From NCBI RefSeq assembly GCF_020745735.1, contig NC_083402.1:128794213-128858212 (forward strand): 64,000 nt of DNA. The letters run 5' to 3'. Made by a program: the position numbers and the translations under genes. The notes under the pieces are model-generated. The model did no database searches. It was given only the letters and a program-made list of their open reading frames with translations, and was not told where the DNA came from. Source of the DNA: Hemiscyllium ocellatum (Eukaryota). This document shows positions 12,584 to 25,414 of this stretch, piece by piece. Numbering within the stretch: the stretch's first letter is position 1; each line of letters begins with the position of its first letter.

Positions 12584-14796
12584 GGACTGAAAGATAATAT
12601 TAGCAATGTTACTTAAGTCACTTGCTTGTTAACATCCTGAAACCATTTGCAGCAGCTTTCCTTAAAAGTGTTGACATTGTACAAGTCCAAATTTAAAACC
12701 GAATGGGGTTTGGGGAATGGTATCAACTTTTGAATATTGATGAAACTCTTGCCTGCTCCCAGTGAATACATCTCCTGCTTTTGGAATAGGGGAACTGTCA
12801 GTGGGCAAAGGGAGGTCAGAGACAATGAGGAGACCATTACTCTGCCTATACCTAAAACCATAACTCTGCAATCCCGGTCTCATTAAACAGACACAGTGTA
12901 AAAAAAGGGGTTTCAATATTTTATTTCAGACAGCAAAACCAAGATTAGCCTGCAAAAATACAAAGATGTCTCCAATTTATTCATAGACAGTACAAATAAA
13001 ATATCTTGGGTGGCAAAAATGTTTCTTTACTGTCATTTTGTGGAGCACGGTTTAATGCATTCAAAAATATTGTGTGTGAACACTGAAGGGAGGTCTTCAA
13101 TAATTAGTTTCATACGTGCACTTACTTGAGTTCAGTCTTTCCTTCTACTTTATTCAGTTGATAGGCAGGAATCTTCCAATGACTGCTTGAGATGTTCAAA
13201 ATGGTAAAAGGGAACATTTGATGATAATGAAAGTCTTGAATTTAATGGTTAATTGCACGAAAAGGTCAATGCTATTTAAAAGAATGAACTATTTGGGAAA
13301 AAGATGGCTGAGCATTGTGGTTAGAATAAACTAACTTTCAGAACAGATGCAAAAATCTTCCCCTGGTTGACAGCCCTGGGAGCTCCAAACAATTGAAGAG
13401 TGTCAATCAATTGGCAAGAGACATTAACAGCTCAACACTAACCTGACAATCTCACTCAAAGTGACATTGCTTACTGCCGTGCTGGATGCTCTTCTGAAAA
13501 TGAGGATTAAGACATGTTGGGCAGCGGTTAAAAAGTTTTTCTTTTACTCTGTTCTGTTTTATTTCATCTGGGAATGCCTGGAGCTAACAAGGTGCAAATT
13601 GTCTGAGTCTCTGCATTAACCTGCAGGGGGAAGAAGGTAATTTGTAGCTTCTCCAGGATGATGCCATGGATGTGAAACTACCAGTTGAGGAAAGGGATAA
13701 TGGGATTCATTCCAGTGCAACAGAGTTGAGATGACAAGGCATTAAGTTTTTACAGTGATGAAGACTTCTTCAAATTGACAAAGGGAAGATTGTTGCTTCT
13801 GGAAGGTGACAGGGTTAGATGTTTAAAACTGTCACTTAGAAAATTAAACCATTTTAAGCAGAAATTTTCTTACAAGTGGTGTGATTGGAATCTGGAATGT
13901 TGCTTTTCCACACGGACTGCATTTGGCAAAGGCGACGACATCTCATCTGATGCTGCTCCACGATTATCTGGCTAGGTTGGGCAGCTTTAATATGATTATT
14001 ATCTATTCAATCATTGCCAGAGAATCATTTGCAATGGCTTATCTTTCTGCTTCCTTACAGTAACCTCAAATATCCCACAGGATCAATCTTTTGTCCTGCA
14101 CCACTTCTCATCCACATGTTGCCTCTTGTCCATAATACAAGTAGCTGCAATCAATATGACAGCAGAATGCAACTCAGGAACTGATGCTAGTTTACACAGA
14201 GCTCACTCTATATCAGGATCCTTCCCTACTCTGTATATAATGTTCAAGAAACATTTCTGGTTTAAAAAACCTGCTCACCACGATCTCTGGGCACACTTAC
14301 AGCTTGATGTTGCACAAATATACCCCAGAGCAATGGGAAGGGCATCTGGCAATACCCAGCACAAAAGAATTAAAACAAAAGTAAACACCAGCATTAACTG
14401 TGTTCTAATTCTAAAACAGGACACGAGACCAAAGCATCACATAGAATTCAACAGGACAGATGTAAGCTAAACCCTGAGGGAGCCACGCACCAGTGGTAAA
14501 TAACACAGGCTGACAAAATCCTGCAGCAAGTGAAACCTCTGGGTAGATACGTCCAGCAATTAGGGCAACCAGGAAGCAATGAGTCAGCTGGAATGGGAAC
14601 AAGTGAAAATGGTATAAATCACGGCAAACAGCCTCAAAGACAATGTGAAGTAAGTATAAATAAGTTCAACAGACTCCCGACACAATACTTTGCAAAATTA
14701 CCTCCTGGTAGAGAAAACCTTCTACCATCCAGAGCATTCCACCATATGGAGGACTAGGACCAGACTGACCAATATGTATCTAGCATCAAGCATGAA

Positions 14797-15117
14797 GCGG
14801 CATGGTGGCCCAGTGGTTAGCATTCCCTGCCTCACAGCACCAGGGTCCCAGGTTTGATTCCAGCCTCGGGTGACTGTATGTGTGGAGTTTGCACATTCTC
14901 CCCGTGTCTGCATGGGTTTCCTCCGGGTGCTCCTGTTTCCTCCCACAGTCTTAAGATATGCAAGTCAGGTGAATTCGCCATGGCAAATTGCCCATAGTGT
15001 TAGGTGCATTAGTCAGAGGGAAATGGGTCTCGGTGTGTTACTCTCCGGAGGGTCGGTGTGGACTGGTTGGGCCGAAGGGCCTGTTTCCACACTGTAGGGA
15101 GTCTAATCATTCTATGA
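14797..15117 (+). mobile_element. HE1 SINE, full length
   Basis: gcggcatggtggcccagtggttagc head, HE1 core and gggccgaagggcctgtttccacactgtaggga tail. Confidence 0.93.
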
Positions 15118-15892
15118 CTCAGAGTCATCTCAAGCCTCACACAAGCCAGACGGGTAACAGATTAGCATTCAGATACAATTTGTGCTGATATGCTGACAAG
15201 CCAAGAGATCACTGAGCATTCTGCAACATATGATCAAATACGGAAAGCTTTTGATGAGACACTAAACAGAACATTATGATTCATGATTGCTTTTGCTAAG
15301 TTAAACAGATAGACCTAGAATCCAGAAGTGATAATAGAGTTATTTGTGAACAACTTATTCTGACTCATAGACAGTTGCAAGTATGGCATTGACGGAACAG
15401 CTAATCCAAGACTGATCACCATGAAGGTACGTGTTGAGGCCCAATCAGACATCCTGCAGTGCAGAGAGGACCTTACATTGTTGTCAACTGGGCAGTGAGT
15501 GCTGTGCAAACAGAATAACTATGGGGACGTAAGATTCATCTATTTATGAAGTCAGTATAGTGATTAACAAGAAGGGCCATCAGGGTGCCCAATACTACAT
15601 AGGCAGGGCCCTGAAGAGGGCACTATAGGCAGCAATATCTCTTTTTCCAGACGTGATCTTAAAAGTGTCTATGAATATGAAGTACATTAAAGCTTTTTTG
15701 AAATTAAATCCTACCTTCAAAATATACTCACTGTCACATAGAACACAGACCACATTCATTTAAAGTTGGCAAGCACTAGTCAACTTAGTTCAGTGTCTGA
15801 GTTAAACGGCTGCCTTTGTTGAACTCTGTAGCACACAGGAGGGCAGTAGGAGAAAAGCAGTATGGGATCTACAAAAGCAAGTCAGACAGAAT

Positions 15893-16963
15893 ACCATAAG
15901 ACCATAAGACATAGGAACAGAAAATAGGTCATGCAGCCCAATGAGTCTGCCCCGCCATTCAATCATGGCTGATAAGTGTCTCACCCCATTCTCCCGCTTT
16001 CTCCCGGTAACCCTTGATTCCCAAGAACCTATCATAAATATACTCAATGACCTGACCTCCAAAGCCTTCTGCGGCAACGAATTTAATAGATTCACCATTC
16101 TCTACCTGAAATAGTTTCTCCTTAACTCCATTCTAAAAGAATTCCCTTTACTTTAATGCTGTGCCCCCGGGTCCTAGTCTCATAGAGTCCCTATAGTGTG
16201 GAAACGGGCCCTTTGGCCCAACAGGTCCACACCAACCCTCCGAAGAGTAACCCATCCAGACCCATTCCCCCACTATCCTAAACTTACCCCTGACTCATGC
16301 ACCTAACATTCACATCCATGAACACTATGGGCAATCCACCTAACCTGTACATCTTTGAGTCATGGGAGGAAACCAGAGGTCCCAGAGGAAACCCATGCAG
16401 ACACGGGGAGAATGTGAAAACTGCATACAGACAGTTGTCCAAGGCTAGAGTCAAACCCAGGTCCTTGATGCTGTGAGGCAGCAGTGCTAATCCACAGAGC
16501 CACCATGCCACCCTCATTAGAAACATCTTCTCGACATCTACTCAGCCCAAACCATTCAGTATTCCGAATGTTTCAATCCCCACTCATCCTTCTAAACTCC
16601 ATTTAGTATAAACCCAGAGTCCTCAAATGTTCCTCATATGTTAAGCTTGTCATTCCTGGGACAATTCTTTTGAATCTCCTCTGAACACACAACAGGGCTG
16701 TACATCCTTCCTGAGATATGGGGCCCAAAATTGCACACAATACTCCAAATGAATCTTACCAGCGCCTTATAGAGCTTCTGAAGTACATCCCTGCTTTTAT
16801 ACTCAGGTACTCTCAAAATAAATGCCATCATTGCATTTGTCTTCTTAACTACTGACTCAACTTGCAAGTTTAGATTGACAGCATCCTGGACTAGTACGGC
16901 CAAGTCTCTTTGCACTTCAGACTTCTGAATTTTCTCCCCATTTAGAATATTGTCCATGCCTCT
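15893..16963 (-). mobile_element. CR1 LINE 3' fragment interrupted by an HE1 SINE
   Basis: Tail reads (accataag)n on the plus strand. ORF 16634-16957 gives QRDLAVLV...LYKALVR. Confidence 0.85.
16179..16512 (-). mobile_element. HE1 SINE nested in CR1
   Basis: Reverse-complement HE1 head, core and tail. Confidence 0.9.
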
Positions 16964-17107
16964 TTAACGTTTTTAAATTGTGTAATAATCCTTGTTTCTC
17001 ATCATGACAATAGTATAAATAGCTAATAATGATTATTGGTTTTCACTAACATTATTTTTGTCCCTCTTCTGTCAAGAATATGCAAATATCAACCTTGATG
17101 TTACAAT

Positions 17108-17180
17108 ACTTCATTGGCTCTAAAGCCCTTTGGGACATCCCATGGTCATGAAAGGAACAATAGAAATACAAACCTTCCTT
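17108..17180 (+). mobile_element. L2-type 3' tail fragment (L2 or Deu-SINE)
   Basis: cttcattggctctaaagccctttgggacatcccatggtcatgaaagg..atagaaatacaa resembles L2-type tails. Confidence 0.5.
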
Positions 17181-18154
17181 TTTTTTCAATAGTTTCCTTT
17201 GTCTCCTCTTCCTGCTTTGATTCTTACTCACTAGTTTGATGTCTCAACTCAGATAGCAAGGAAACAGATGCCATCAGTGTTTGGTGAGAGGTAACACGAA
17301 TTAAAATTCCCAAACTGAATAAAGTGTCTCATAACCTTCAAAATGTTTATTATAAACTTGTTGGTCTGAATTGATGCCAAGTCCGGAAAGGAATCCGACA
17401 ATAATCTTAGTCCAATCAGGCTTCACTTTGATGTGTTAATTTTCACATCTGATATATTTGGTGAGATCACTGATGTGTAATTTCTCAGTATATATTTTTT
17501 CTTCATAACACTCATGTTATACAGATCCTTAATGCTTTGAGCAATTGGGACAGTTTTTCACATTCGTTTTCTCTGAGAGTCTGCAATCATTGGCAATTAT
17601 GTATGTTTCTTCTAAGTTTAAACACTCCTGCAAAGTATAATTTTCTCATTTACATTTGGCATATTGGTTGTGCTGAACATAAATGAGGGTCCATTCAGTT
17701 ATCAGACCCTCCTAATGCCTCAATATATGTAAATATAGTCTTATATGTGTAAGAGATGCCTTTGGTTTGCTAGGACAGAGTCAAACTCGAATGTTTGTTT
17801 GTTTCCCTTAATATGCTACTGTACAGAATCAAACTGTATTTGTCACAATGTATATATATAAAGAGACTTTTTAAGAATAAAGTATATTTTTGAAATTAAA
17901 AAGAAACTAACACAAAATGGGGGAGTTTTTTTGCAATCTAATATGGGAGCATTATAATGGGCAAAACTAATGGCGCAGTCATTGTGATGTGTTTTTGGAA
18001 CCTTGTTTGCAAATATTTCTCAGTAGAGATTATTTAAAAGGAAATCAGACGACACATGTCTCTACTTTAAAAGAACATATGGTGAAAACCAAAGCCAAGT
18101 CATCAAAGGAAAGTTATTAGACTTTATATAAATACACTTTTCGGCAGGATGTTA

Positions 18155-18823
18155 CTCATGTCCCCTTACACATTAACAGCAAAGAGGTGGAATGAGTGAA
18201 AAGTGTCAAGCTCCTGGGAGTGGTCTTCCACAGCAAGCTTTCTTGGACTCTTCATGTGGATGCACTGGTTACAAAGGCCCATCAATGTCTCTTCTTCCTC
18301 AGGCAGCTGAGGAAATTTGGCATGACAGCGAATACCCTCGCCAACTTTTATGGGTGCATCATCAAGAGCATTCTGTCCGATTTATCACTACTTAGTATGG
18401 CAACTGTACCATTCAAGATCAGAAATGGTTACAGAGAGTGGTGAACTCGTCCCAGACAATCACAAATGCCAACCTCCCATCTATAGGATCTATCTACTTG
18501 GCCCACTATCAAGGAAAGAGCGCCAGCATTCTCAAGGATCCATCCCACCATGGCAATGTTTTTCTACACTGGGGAGAAGGTACAGAAGCCTGAACACATG
18601 CACCAGCCAGTTTTGAAACAGTTTCTACCCTACTGTTAGATTACAGAATAAACTCAAACTCTTAACATCCACCTGTACCTGTGTTTTTGGTTTTGCCACT
18701 GTTTACCTATTATTTACTTATCTATGCTACTTAACTTTGTAATCTGCCTGTACTGCTCGTAAGACAAAGCTTTTCGCTGTGCCTCAGTATATGTGACAAT
18801 AAATTCATTTTAATTCAATTCAA
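18155..18823 (+). mobile_element. Rex1/Babar-type LINE 3' fragment
   Basis: Translates to VKLLGV...LSWTLHVDALVTKAHQCLFFLRQLRKFG...NFYGCIIKSIL. The 3' end is gtgacaataaa(ttcaa)n. Confidence 0.8.
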
Positions 18824-19539
18824 TATAGGGGTTGTTAGGAATACAGAGGAATGTCTGGAACACCCATTACTCTGCACTGCATCTTAAAATCCTCGGTAAT
18901 TGCTATCTCATATTGTCTGACAACAAGTCACCTAACAGCAAGAGATTAATTATTTAGTTTACTCCTTGCAAAGTTTTGCTGTGACTTCCAATTGCAAATG
19001 ACTATGTACCTGCATGTTCTTAACTTCTTTTGCCACTAATCCACTGCCAAGCCCTCTTTTTAAAGCTTCCTCTGAGTTGCTCGTCCATCATGGTTTCATC
19101 TGTAATATTTCTAAAATTAATTGATAAATGACAAATAGTTTTTACACCACATGAGTAATAGACAATGTTTCCAACATGAGATAGTACAACCATTTCTCCT
19201 CGGCATTATTCAGTGGCATTACTATTGCCCAGCTGCCCACCATGAACCAGAAATTCAACTTAACTGATCACATGAATACAGTGGCTACTAGAAAAAGGTT
19301 AACGATAAGTATGTTGTGGTGAGTGGATTATGTCCTGATTCACCAAAGCTGTCCAAACCCATAGAGGACAGAAATGTGTGTAATAGAACATTCTCTACCT
19401 GAAAGTGTGTACACTGTTTCAATATGCCCAATGAGTTCAACACTCTCCATGTGAAAGTGTCTGCTGATTGGTACCCAATTAACTTGATTATCTTGCTGCT
19501 CATTTCACCATCAATGTGGCTAAGGCTCCAACATATGTT

Positions 19540-20487
19540 ATAGAATCATTCAGTCAGAGATGTACAGCACAGAAACAGACCTTTCTGTCCAACTTGTCTG
19601 TGCCGTCCAGATATCCTAACATAATCAAGTCCCATTTGCTAGCACTTGGCCCATATTCCTCTAAACCCTTCCTATTCATATACCCATGCAGATGCCTTTT
19701 AACCCCCACCACTTCCTCTGGCAGCTCATTCCATACACGTACCACCCTCTGTGTGAAAACATCGCCTGTTAGGTCCCTTTTATATCTTTCCCCTCTCTCT
19801 AAACCTATGCCCTCTAGTTATGGACTCTCCCACCCCAGGGAAAAGACCTTCGCTATTCACCCTATCTGTACACCTCATGATTTTGTAAACCTCTGTAAGG
19901 TCATCCCTCAGCCTCCGATGCTCCAGGGAAACAGCCCCAACCTATTCAGCCTCTCTCTATAGCTCAAAACCTCTAACTCTGACAAAATCCTTGTAAATCT
20001 TTTCTGAACCCTTTCAAGTTTCACAACATCCTTCTGATAAGAAGGAGACCAGAATTTCACACAATAGTCCAAAAGTGGCCCAACCAATGCCCTGTAGAGC
20101 TGCAACATGACCTCCCAATTCCTGTACTCAATACTCTGAAAAATAAAAGAAAGCACATCAAACATCTTTTTTACTATCCTATCTACCGGTGACTCTACTT
20201 TCAAGGAGCTATGAACCTGCTCTCCAAGGCCTCGTTGCTCAGTAACACTCCCCTGGACCTTACCATTAAGTGTATGAGTCCTGCTAAAATTTGCTTTCCC
20301 AAAATGCTGCACCTCTAATTTATCCAAATTAAACTCCATCTGCTATTCCTCAGCCCATTGGCCCATCTGATCAAGATCCTGTTGTACTCTGAGGTAACAT
20401 TCTTCACTATCCATGACACCTCCAATTTTGGTGTCATCTGCAAATTTACTAACTATATCTCTTATGTTCACACCCAAATTGTTTACA
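19540..20487 (-). mobile_element. CR1 LINE 3' fragment
   Basis: ORF 19908-20339 gives MEFNLDK...LQLYRALVGPLLDYCVKFWSP. SKFADD lies upstream and a CR1 tail is present. Confidence 0.9.
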
Positions 20488-20927
20488 TATTAGCTGGCAC
20501 CATATTACTACTGTCATACCGTGTTACAAATGGTGGGAAAGTACTAGATGTCCTGCCATCCAGTACAACATTAAGCTACTTAAGTGGCTAATTAAGGGTC
20601 TCTTCCCACCTCAGCTATCATTTAGGTAGCAGTAGGGGTATCCTTTGTTGTGTGGGGAGAATGCCAGGTAAACAATAGCACCTTCCCAACAGCCCAGAGT
20701 GAGTAGGGTCCTCCTTGTCAGGCACACCTTGGCCTACAGAGGGAACCTCCCAGCAGCAATGGTCAACCCTCTGGCAACAGCATTACCTGCTCACACTGAA
20801 TCCTCACCATAAAGTCACCAAAGCCTGCCAAATTGGACCTGATGCCCGTAAAGCCCACTTACCTGGTTCCAAGGATCCCTACTCCCTCCCATTTCAATTG
20901 GATCCCCAGAAGTGGCCACCACTCCTC

Positions 20928-21242
20928 GTGACACAGTGGCTCAGGGGTTAACACTGCTGCCTCACAGCACCAGGGATCTGGATTTGATTCCAGCCTTGGA
21001 TGACTGTCTACGTGGGTTTCATCCAGGTGCTCCAGTTTCCTCCCACAGTCCAAAGATGTGGAGGTTAGGTGGATTTTCCATGGCAAATTGTTGGTAGTGT
21101 CCAGCGTTGTACAGGCTAAGCAGGTTAACTGTCGTAAATGTAGGTTATGAGGATGGGATAGGAAGATGGGCCTGGGTGTATTGCTCTTCAGAGGGTCGGT
21201 GCAGACTGAATGGCCTCTTTCTTCACTGTAGAGATTCTATGA
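20928..21242 (+). mobile_element. HE1 SINE (diverged, small internal deletion)
   Basis: HE1 head and core with a gattctatga tail. Confidence 0.85.
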
Positions 21243-21874
21243 CTTACCAGACCTATGATTGACCAGCTGCTCTTGAGGGGGTTCATCAATTTATAGGCTG
21301 CTGCTGGCAAGCTGTAACCCTGGGTTGCCTTGATCACTAAACACAGTTCAACTCATTTGTGAATCAGGAGCCCTATCATCAGCCTGAAATCCAGGGCCTT
21401 GTTACCTTCCTTAATAATGATTTCAAGTTGATGCATTGATGCCTATAGAACTTACTTGGGTGGTTTTCAAGAAACATCAAGACACTCAATCGATCAATGC
21501 TCTAATGATTTGTTCCACTTATTCTCCATTCTAGTAATTATAATTTTGGGAAACAAAGTCAGAAATGGAATAAAAACATGTTTGTAAACTTGTGAGTGTC
21601 ATCTTTTCCATTACTGCATCTGTTGGAAAGTTGAGCCAATGATATGAAAGGAATTTTACACTAAGACCTCAATAAATTCTACAGTAGAAATATGGTGAAG
21701 AAATATGAATGACTGTGTCTTAGTTGTGGATGGATGAATAAGGAATAAGGATGAATAATTTTTCCCTCCTGAATAAGGTAACTTTCAATTATAAAGATTG
21801 CCTATGGCATGTGCTCCATTTCTTGCAATATTATTTAGGAACACAATGTGATATCCTTCAGATGGCAAGATAGT

Positions 21875-22150
21875 AGGAAGGAAAGGTCGTTTAGCCATTT
21901 GAGCCCATTTTATCATTCACTAAGACATTGCCTGATCTGCAACCTAACTCTAAATTCCATGCCTTTGCTCTACATCCTTTCATATCATCAGACAAAAATA
22001 GATGTTTCATTTTGAACTCAATAATTTATTTAGCATTAGTTACAGTTTGTGAAAGACATTTTCAAATGTCTGCTATACCACTTATTTCTTAATTGCACTC
22101 CAGAAAGGTTTAATTATTAGACTGTGTCGCCTGTTCTAAATGCCTCAACT
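21875..22150 (-). mobile_element. ancient CR1 3' end
   Basis: aggaaggaaaggtcgtttagccatttgagccc...ctgatctgcaacctaactc resembles a reversed CR1 3' UTR. Confidence 0.5.
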
Positions 22151-22842
22151 CGAGAGACATTTCACCAAAACATAATCATTGTTCATTTAATTATATGGTC
22201 ATTGATTATATGATCATCATAGTAATGGCCCCACAGCACTATGGAACGTTAGCAATTGTGATCATACCTATGATTTAACCATACACTGAGTTTCCAAACA
22301 GCACGATTGCAATCAGAGATGAAGCTCTTTATGCAAAGAAGGTAATATGTGGACAACAGAGCAGGCCCTGCTAAGAAATTTTGCAGCAAATCTGAAATGT
22401 GATCACAATCTTTCTTCTAATTGTAGAGATGATGAAAACATGAGCCAATCAATGCAACAACGTGTATATTTCAAGGGATTTTGTAAATTTCATGGACCCC
22501 AAAATTATGCTATCTGAAAAAAGTTTACTCTAGAGCTTTAACATTGATAAAGCCAAAATTTTGAGTGCACTAGAGAAACTGAAAACCAAAGCTTGTCATT
22601 GCTGATGGGCCAGGAAAGCTTGAAGAAACATGATAGGAAGTTTATGAAGTGATATTACCATTCCTGGGATGAAGGACTTGACTTATCAGGAATGACTAAG
22701 CAGACTAGGCTATCGCCAAACCCTAATCACCCGATGCCTGGAGGAAGAACACCCCATCTTCCGCTTTGGGACCCTCCAACCACATGAATTAATGTGGATT
22801 TCAGCAGTTTCCTCATTCCCACCCAGCCCACCTTATCCCAGA

Positions 22843-22876
22843 TTCCTGATGAAGGGCTTATGCCCGAAACGTTGAA
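22843..22876 (+). ncRNA. minimal type-I hammerhead ribozyme motif
   Basis: UUC-CUGAUGA-A-GGGC-UUAU-GCCC-GAAAC-GUU-GAA, with the catalytic core intact. Confidence 0.7.
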
Positions 22877-22933
22877 CTTCCTGTTCCTTGGATGCTGCCT
22901 GACCTGCTGCGCTTTTCCAGCAACACATTTTCA
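22844..22933 (+). mobile_element. ~90-bp PLE end inserted inside another PLE
   Basis: Perfect TSD ccttatcccagat at 22831-22843 / 22934-22946. The end cagcaacacattttca matches the 31283 subfamily. Confidence 0.85.
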
Positions 22934-23427
22934 CCTTATCCCAGATCCAACCTTTCAATTCAGCACCACCCTCATGCCCTACCCGACCTGTCCATCTTTC
23001 TACCCCTCACTGACCTATTATCATTACTCCCACCTATGTCTACCTATCACACTCTCAGCTACCTTCCCCCAGCCCCACCCCCCTCTCCCATTTATCTCTC
23101 TACCCCCTTGGCTCACAAGCCTCATTCCTGATGAAGGGCTTTCACCCAAAATGTCAATTCTCCTGCTCCTCGGATGCTGCCTGACCTGCTGTGCTTTTCC
23201 AGCACCACTCTCTCGACTCTGATAACTTCAGTATCTGCAGTCCTCACTTTCTCCTAAACAGATAGGCCTCTGTTTAGCTGAGTTTAGAAGAATGAGGTTG
23301 AATCTTATTGATTGATACAGGGTTCTGAGGGAGCTTCAGAGGGCAAATGTTGAGAATATGCCTCTTAATGGGGGAAATGTGAGCTATCTAACATAATTTG
23401 AGAATAAGAAACCATACATTCAACCTG

Positions 23428-23656
23428 AGATTAGATTACTTACAGCGTGGAAACAGGCCCTTCGGCCCAACAAGTCCACACTGACTTGCCAAAGCACAAC
23501 CCACCCAGACCCACTCCTGTACGTTTTTAGATGGTGGGAGGAAACCCAAGCAGACATGGGGAGAACGTGCAAATTCTACACAGGGAGTCACCCGAGGAGG
23601 GAATTGAACCCAGGTCTCTGACACTGCGAGGCAGCAGTGCTAACCACAGTGCCACC
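23428..23656 (-). mobile_element. HE1 SINE with internal deletion, nested in CR1
   Basis: Reverse-complement HE1 head and an (aatct)n tail. Confidence 0.9.
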
Positions 23657-23978
23657 AGAGGAGTTTCTTCTCCAGAGACTTGTGGAGGCCAGATCACTTG
23701 AAGTATGAGAAGAGGTGTAGATAATTTTTTGAAATATGGATGAGTTGTGGGTTATGAGCAACTGACACAAAATATGAGTCGAGGCCTTGAACAAATCAGC
23801 CATGATCTTGTTGAATGGCAGGGCAAGCTTGCGGGGCTGAATGACCAACTCTGGCTCCTCTTTCTTATGTTTTTAGAACTATGAAAATCAAAAACACAAA
23901 AGGGAGATTATCAATAATGTGTACATGCAGTTTATTTATTTAGGAAAGTGACATGCAAATAGGGAGGAGACACACAAG

Positions 23979-24440
23979 CAACTTCAGATCCACTTGTGCA
24001 GAGATAACCTGCAATTGCAAAACAGCTGAATAAAAAACAATACCTTCAGACTTAAGAAAGAAACTTACTCCAGGCAATAACCAGAGCAATTAAATATACA
24101 TTGGCAGAGTCATATAGGCAACTACTGGCTTATTACTGACTCGCAACGTCAAATCCACTAGTGGAGTCATAAAATTACAGATCCATCAGTGGTAACAATG
24201 CATACAAATTTAGATTGTTAAGTGTTGACAATACTCACAACTACAGATCCATGAGTGGAATCATACTTCCAACTGCAGATCCATTAAATATTTCAATAAT
24301 CACAACTGTGGATCTATTACTGGAGATAATAATCATAACTGTAGGACAATTAGTGTATTGCAATAGATAATTAAAGCACAAGTAGTGAAGCCATACTTGG
24401 AAATTGCAGAGTGGAAATCTATTAGCAATTGAAGTTGCAC
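23979..24440. repeat. decayed ~33-bp minisatellite
   Basis: Recurrent units resembling caactgcagatccatyagtgga.a.aataatca at about 32-33-bp spacing. Confidence 0.65.
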
Positions 24441-24902
24441 AAACAGATCTATACAAAACAACTTTGTTTTGTATAAGCAGAACAATAAGCAGAACAATAC
24501 CTGACCTAGAGTGTTAGCATGAGATGCTCAGTCTCTTAGCATCAGAAATATGGCTATCTTTGTTTCTAATGACATGGTCAGATACTCCTGAGTTTTACCA
24601 GTACAGTGACATTTAAGTTAATAACAACATATCATTAAATTGTCTTTGATTTTGTATAGCCTAAAATATTTTTGAAAGTTACACAGTAATTAATGTGGTC
24701 ACAGGGTATCTGAAATTAACCGAATTAAAGCACCAAATATTGTTTATAAAGACCACATTTTCTTTTGGACTGTGTGCTAAATTTGAGCAAAGATACCACT
24801 TTCAACCAAGAAAATGTGGATCATGTTGCAGTTTTCAAAAATGAGTTTCTGAAAATCTGTAATGTGGTCATATCCAGGGAGAGGGGGAGAATGTCAAACA
24901 TG

Positions 24903-25414
24903 TGCCATGGATGTGTTTGCAGGACCTTAGTTTGGTTTTTCAACCAGGACCAGTAAGGCTTTGACAATGCTGTCACTTTAGGAGATTATTTTGTGCTGTT
25001 TTTTTTGAAGAGAGGTTGTAAGGTAGAGGTATAGAGCTGGCTACTGAAGACTGTTTGAGTAAGCAGCATGGAGGTCCTTGATGTTCTTTTTTAATGCAGC
25101 CAGAATGGGTATGGCTCGCTCTCACAGATCAGGATTTCTGAGTAGCATCAGGTGCTGTTGGGGTCTTAACAGAGTTGGAAGCTTCAGTGAATGTCTCCTG
25201 GCTGCTACCTTCCCTGAATTTTCTCCTGATGTTTTTGAAATAAACGGTAATTTTCTTCTCAATAATAAAGCCTTGGTAAGCCTGTACTTGTAACCTGATT
25301 TAGACAATTAGGTAAAATTGGGCGATTCGATGATTCAAACAAATGTTCACATTTGTGATGACTCCAGCAAGACTGAGGCTTGATTTCAAATGCAGTATCC
25401 AAGGCCCTCATGAC
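24903..25414 (+). mobile_element. probable solo LTR
   Basis: tgccatgg...tcatgaca ends, internal aataaa, and internal similarity to the LTR at 58717-59362. No clear TSD. Confidence 0.45.

Larger units (their letters stand above)
22712..23253 (+). mobile_element. Penelope-like 3' fragment (GIY-YIG C-terminus + pLTR)
   Basis: Encodes LEEEH.IFRFGTLQPH, like the end of the 31528 ORF. There is a degenerate hammerhead at 23128-23155 and a degenerate TSD taagcagactaggc / taaacagataggc. Confidence 0.85.
22620..23875 (+). mobile_element. old CR1 3' fragment hosting two PLE pieces and an HE1 SINE
   Basis: CR1 C-terminal sequence is seen at 22620-22710, 23255-23427 and 23657-23875. Confidence 0.7.

Noticed and set aside
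22193-22283. Imperfect hairpin
   Set aside because: The pairing is patchy and AT-rich, consistent with chance.
23979-24440. CRISPR-like array
   Set aside because: The context is eukaryotic, the units are degenerate and contiguous with no unique spacers, and there are no cas genes.
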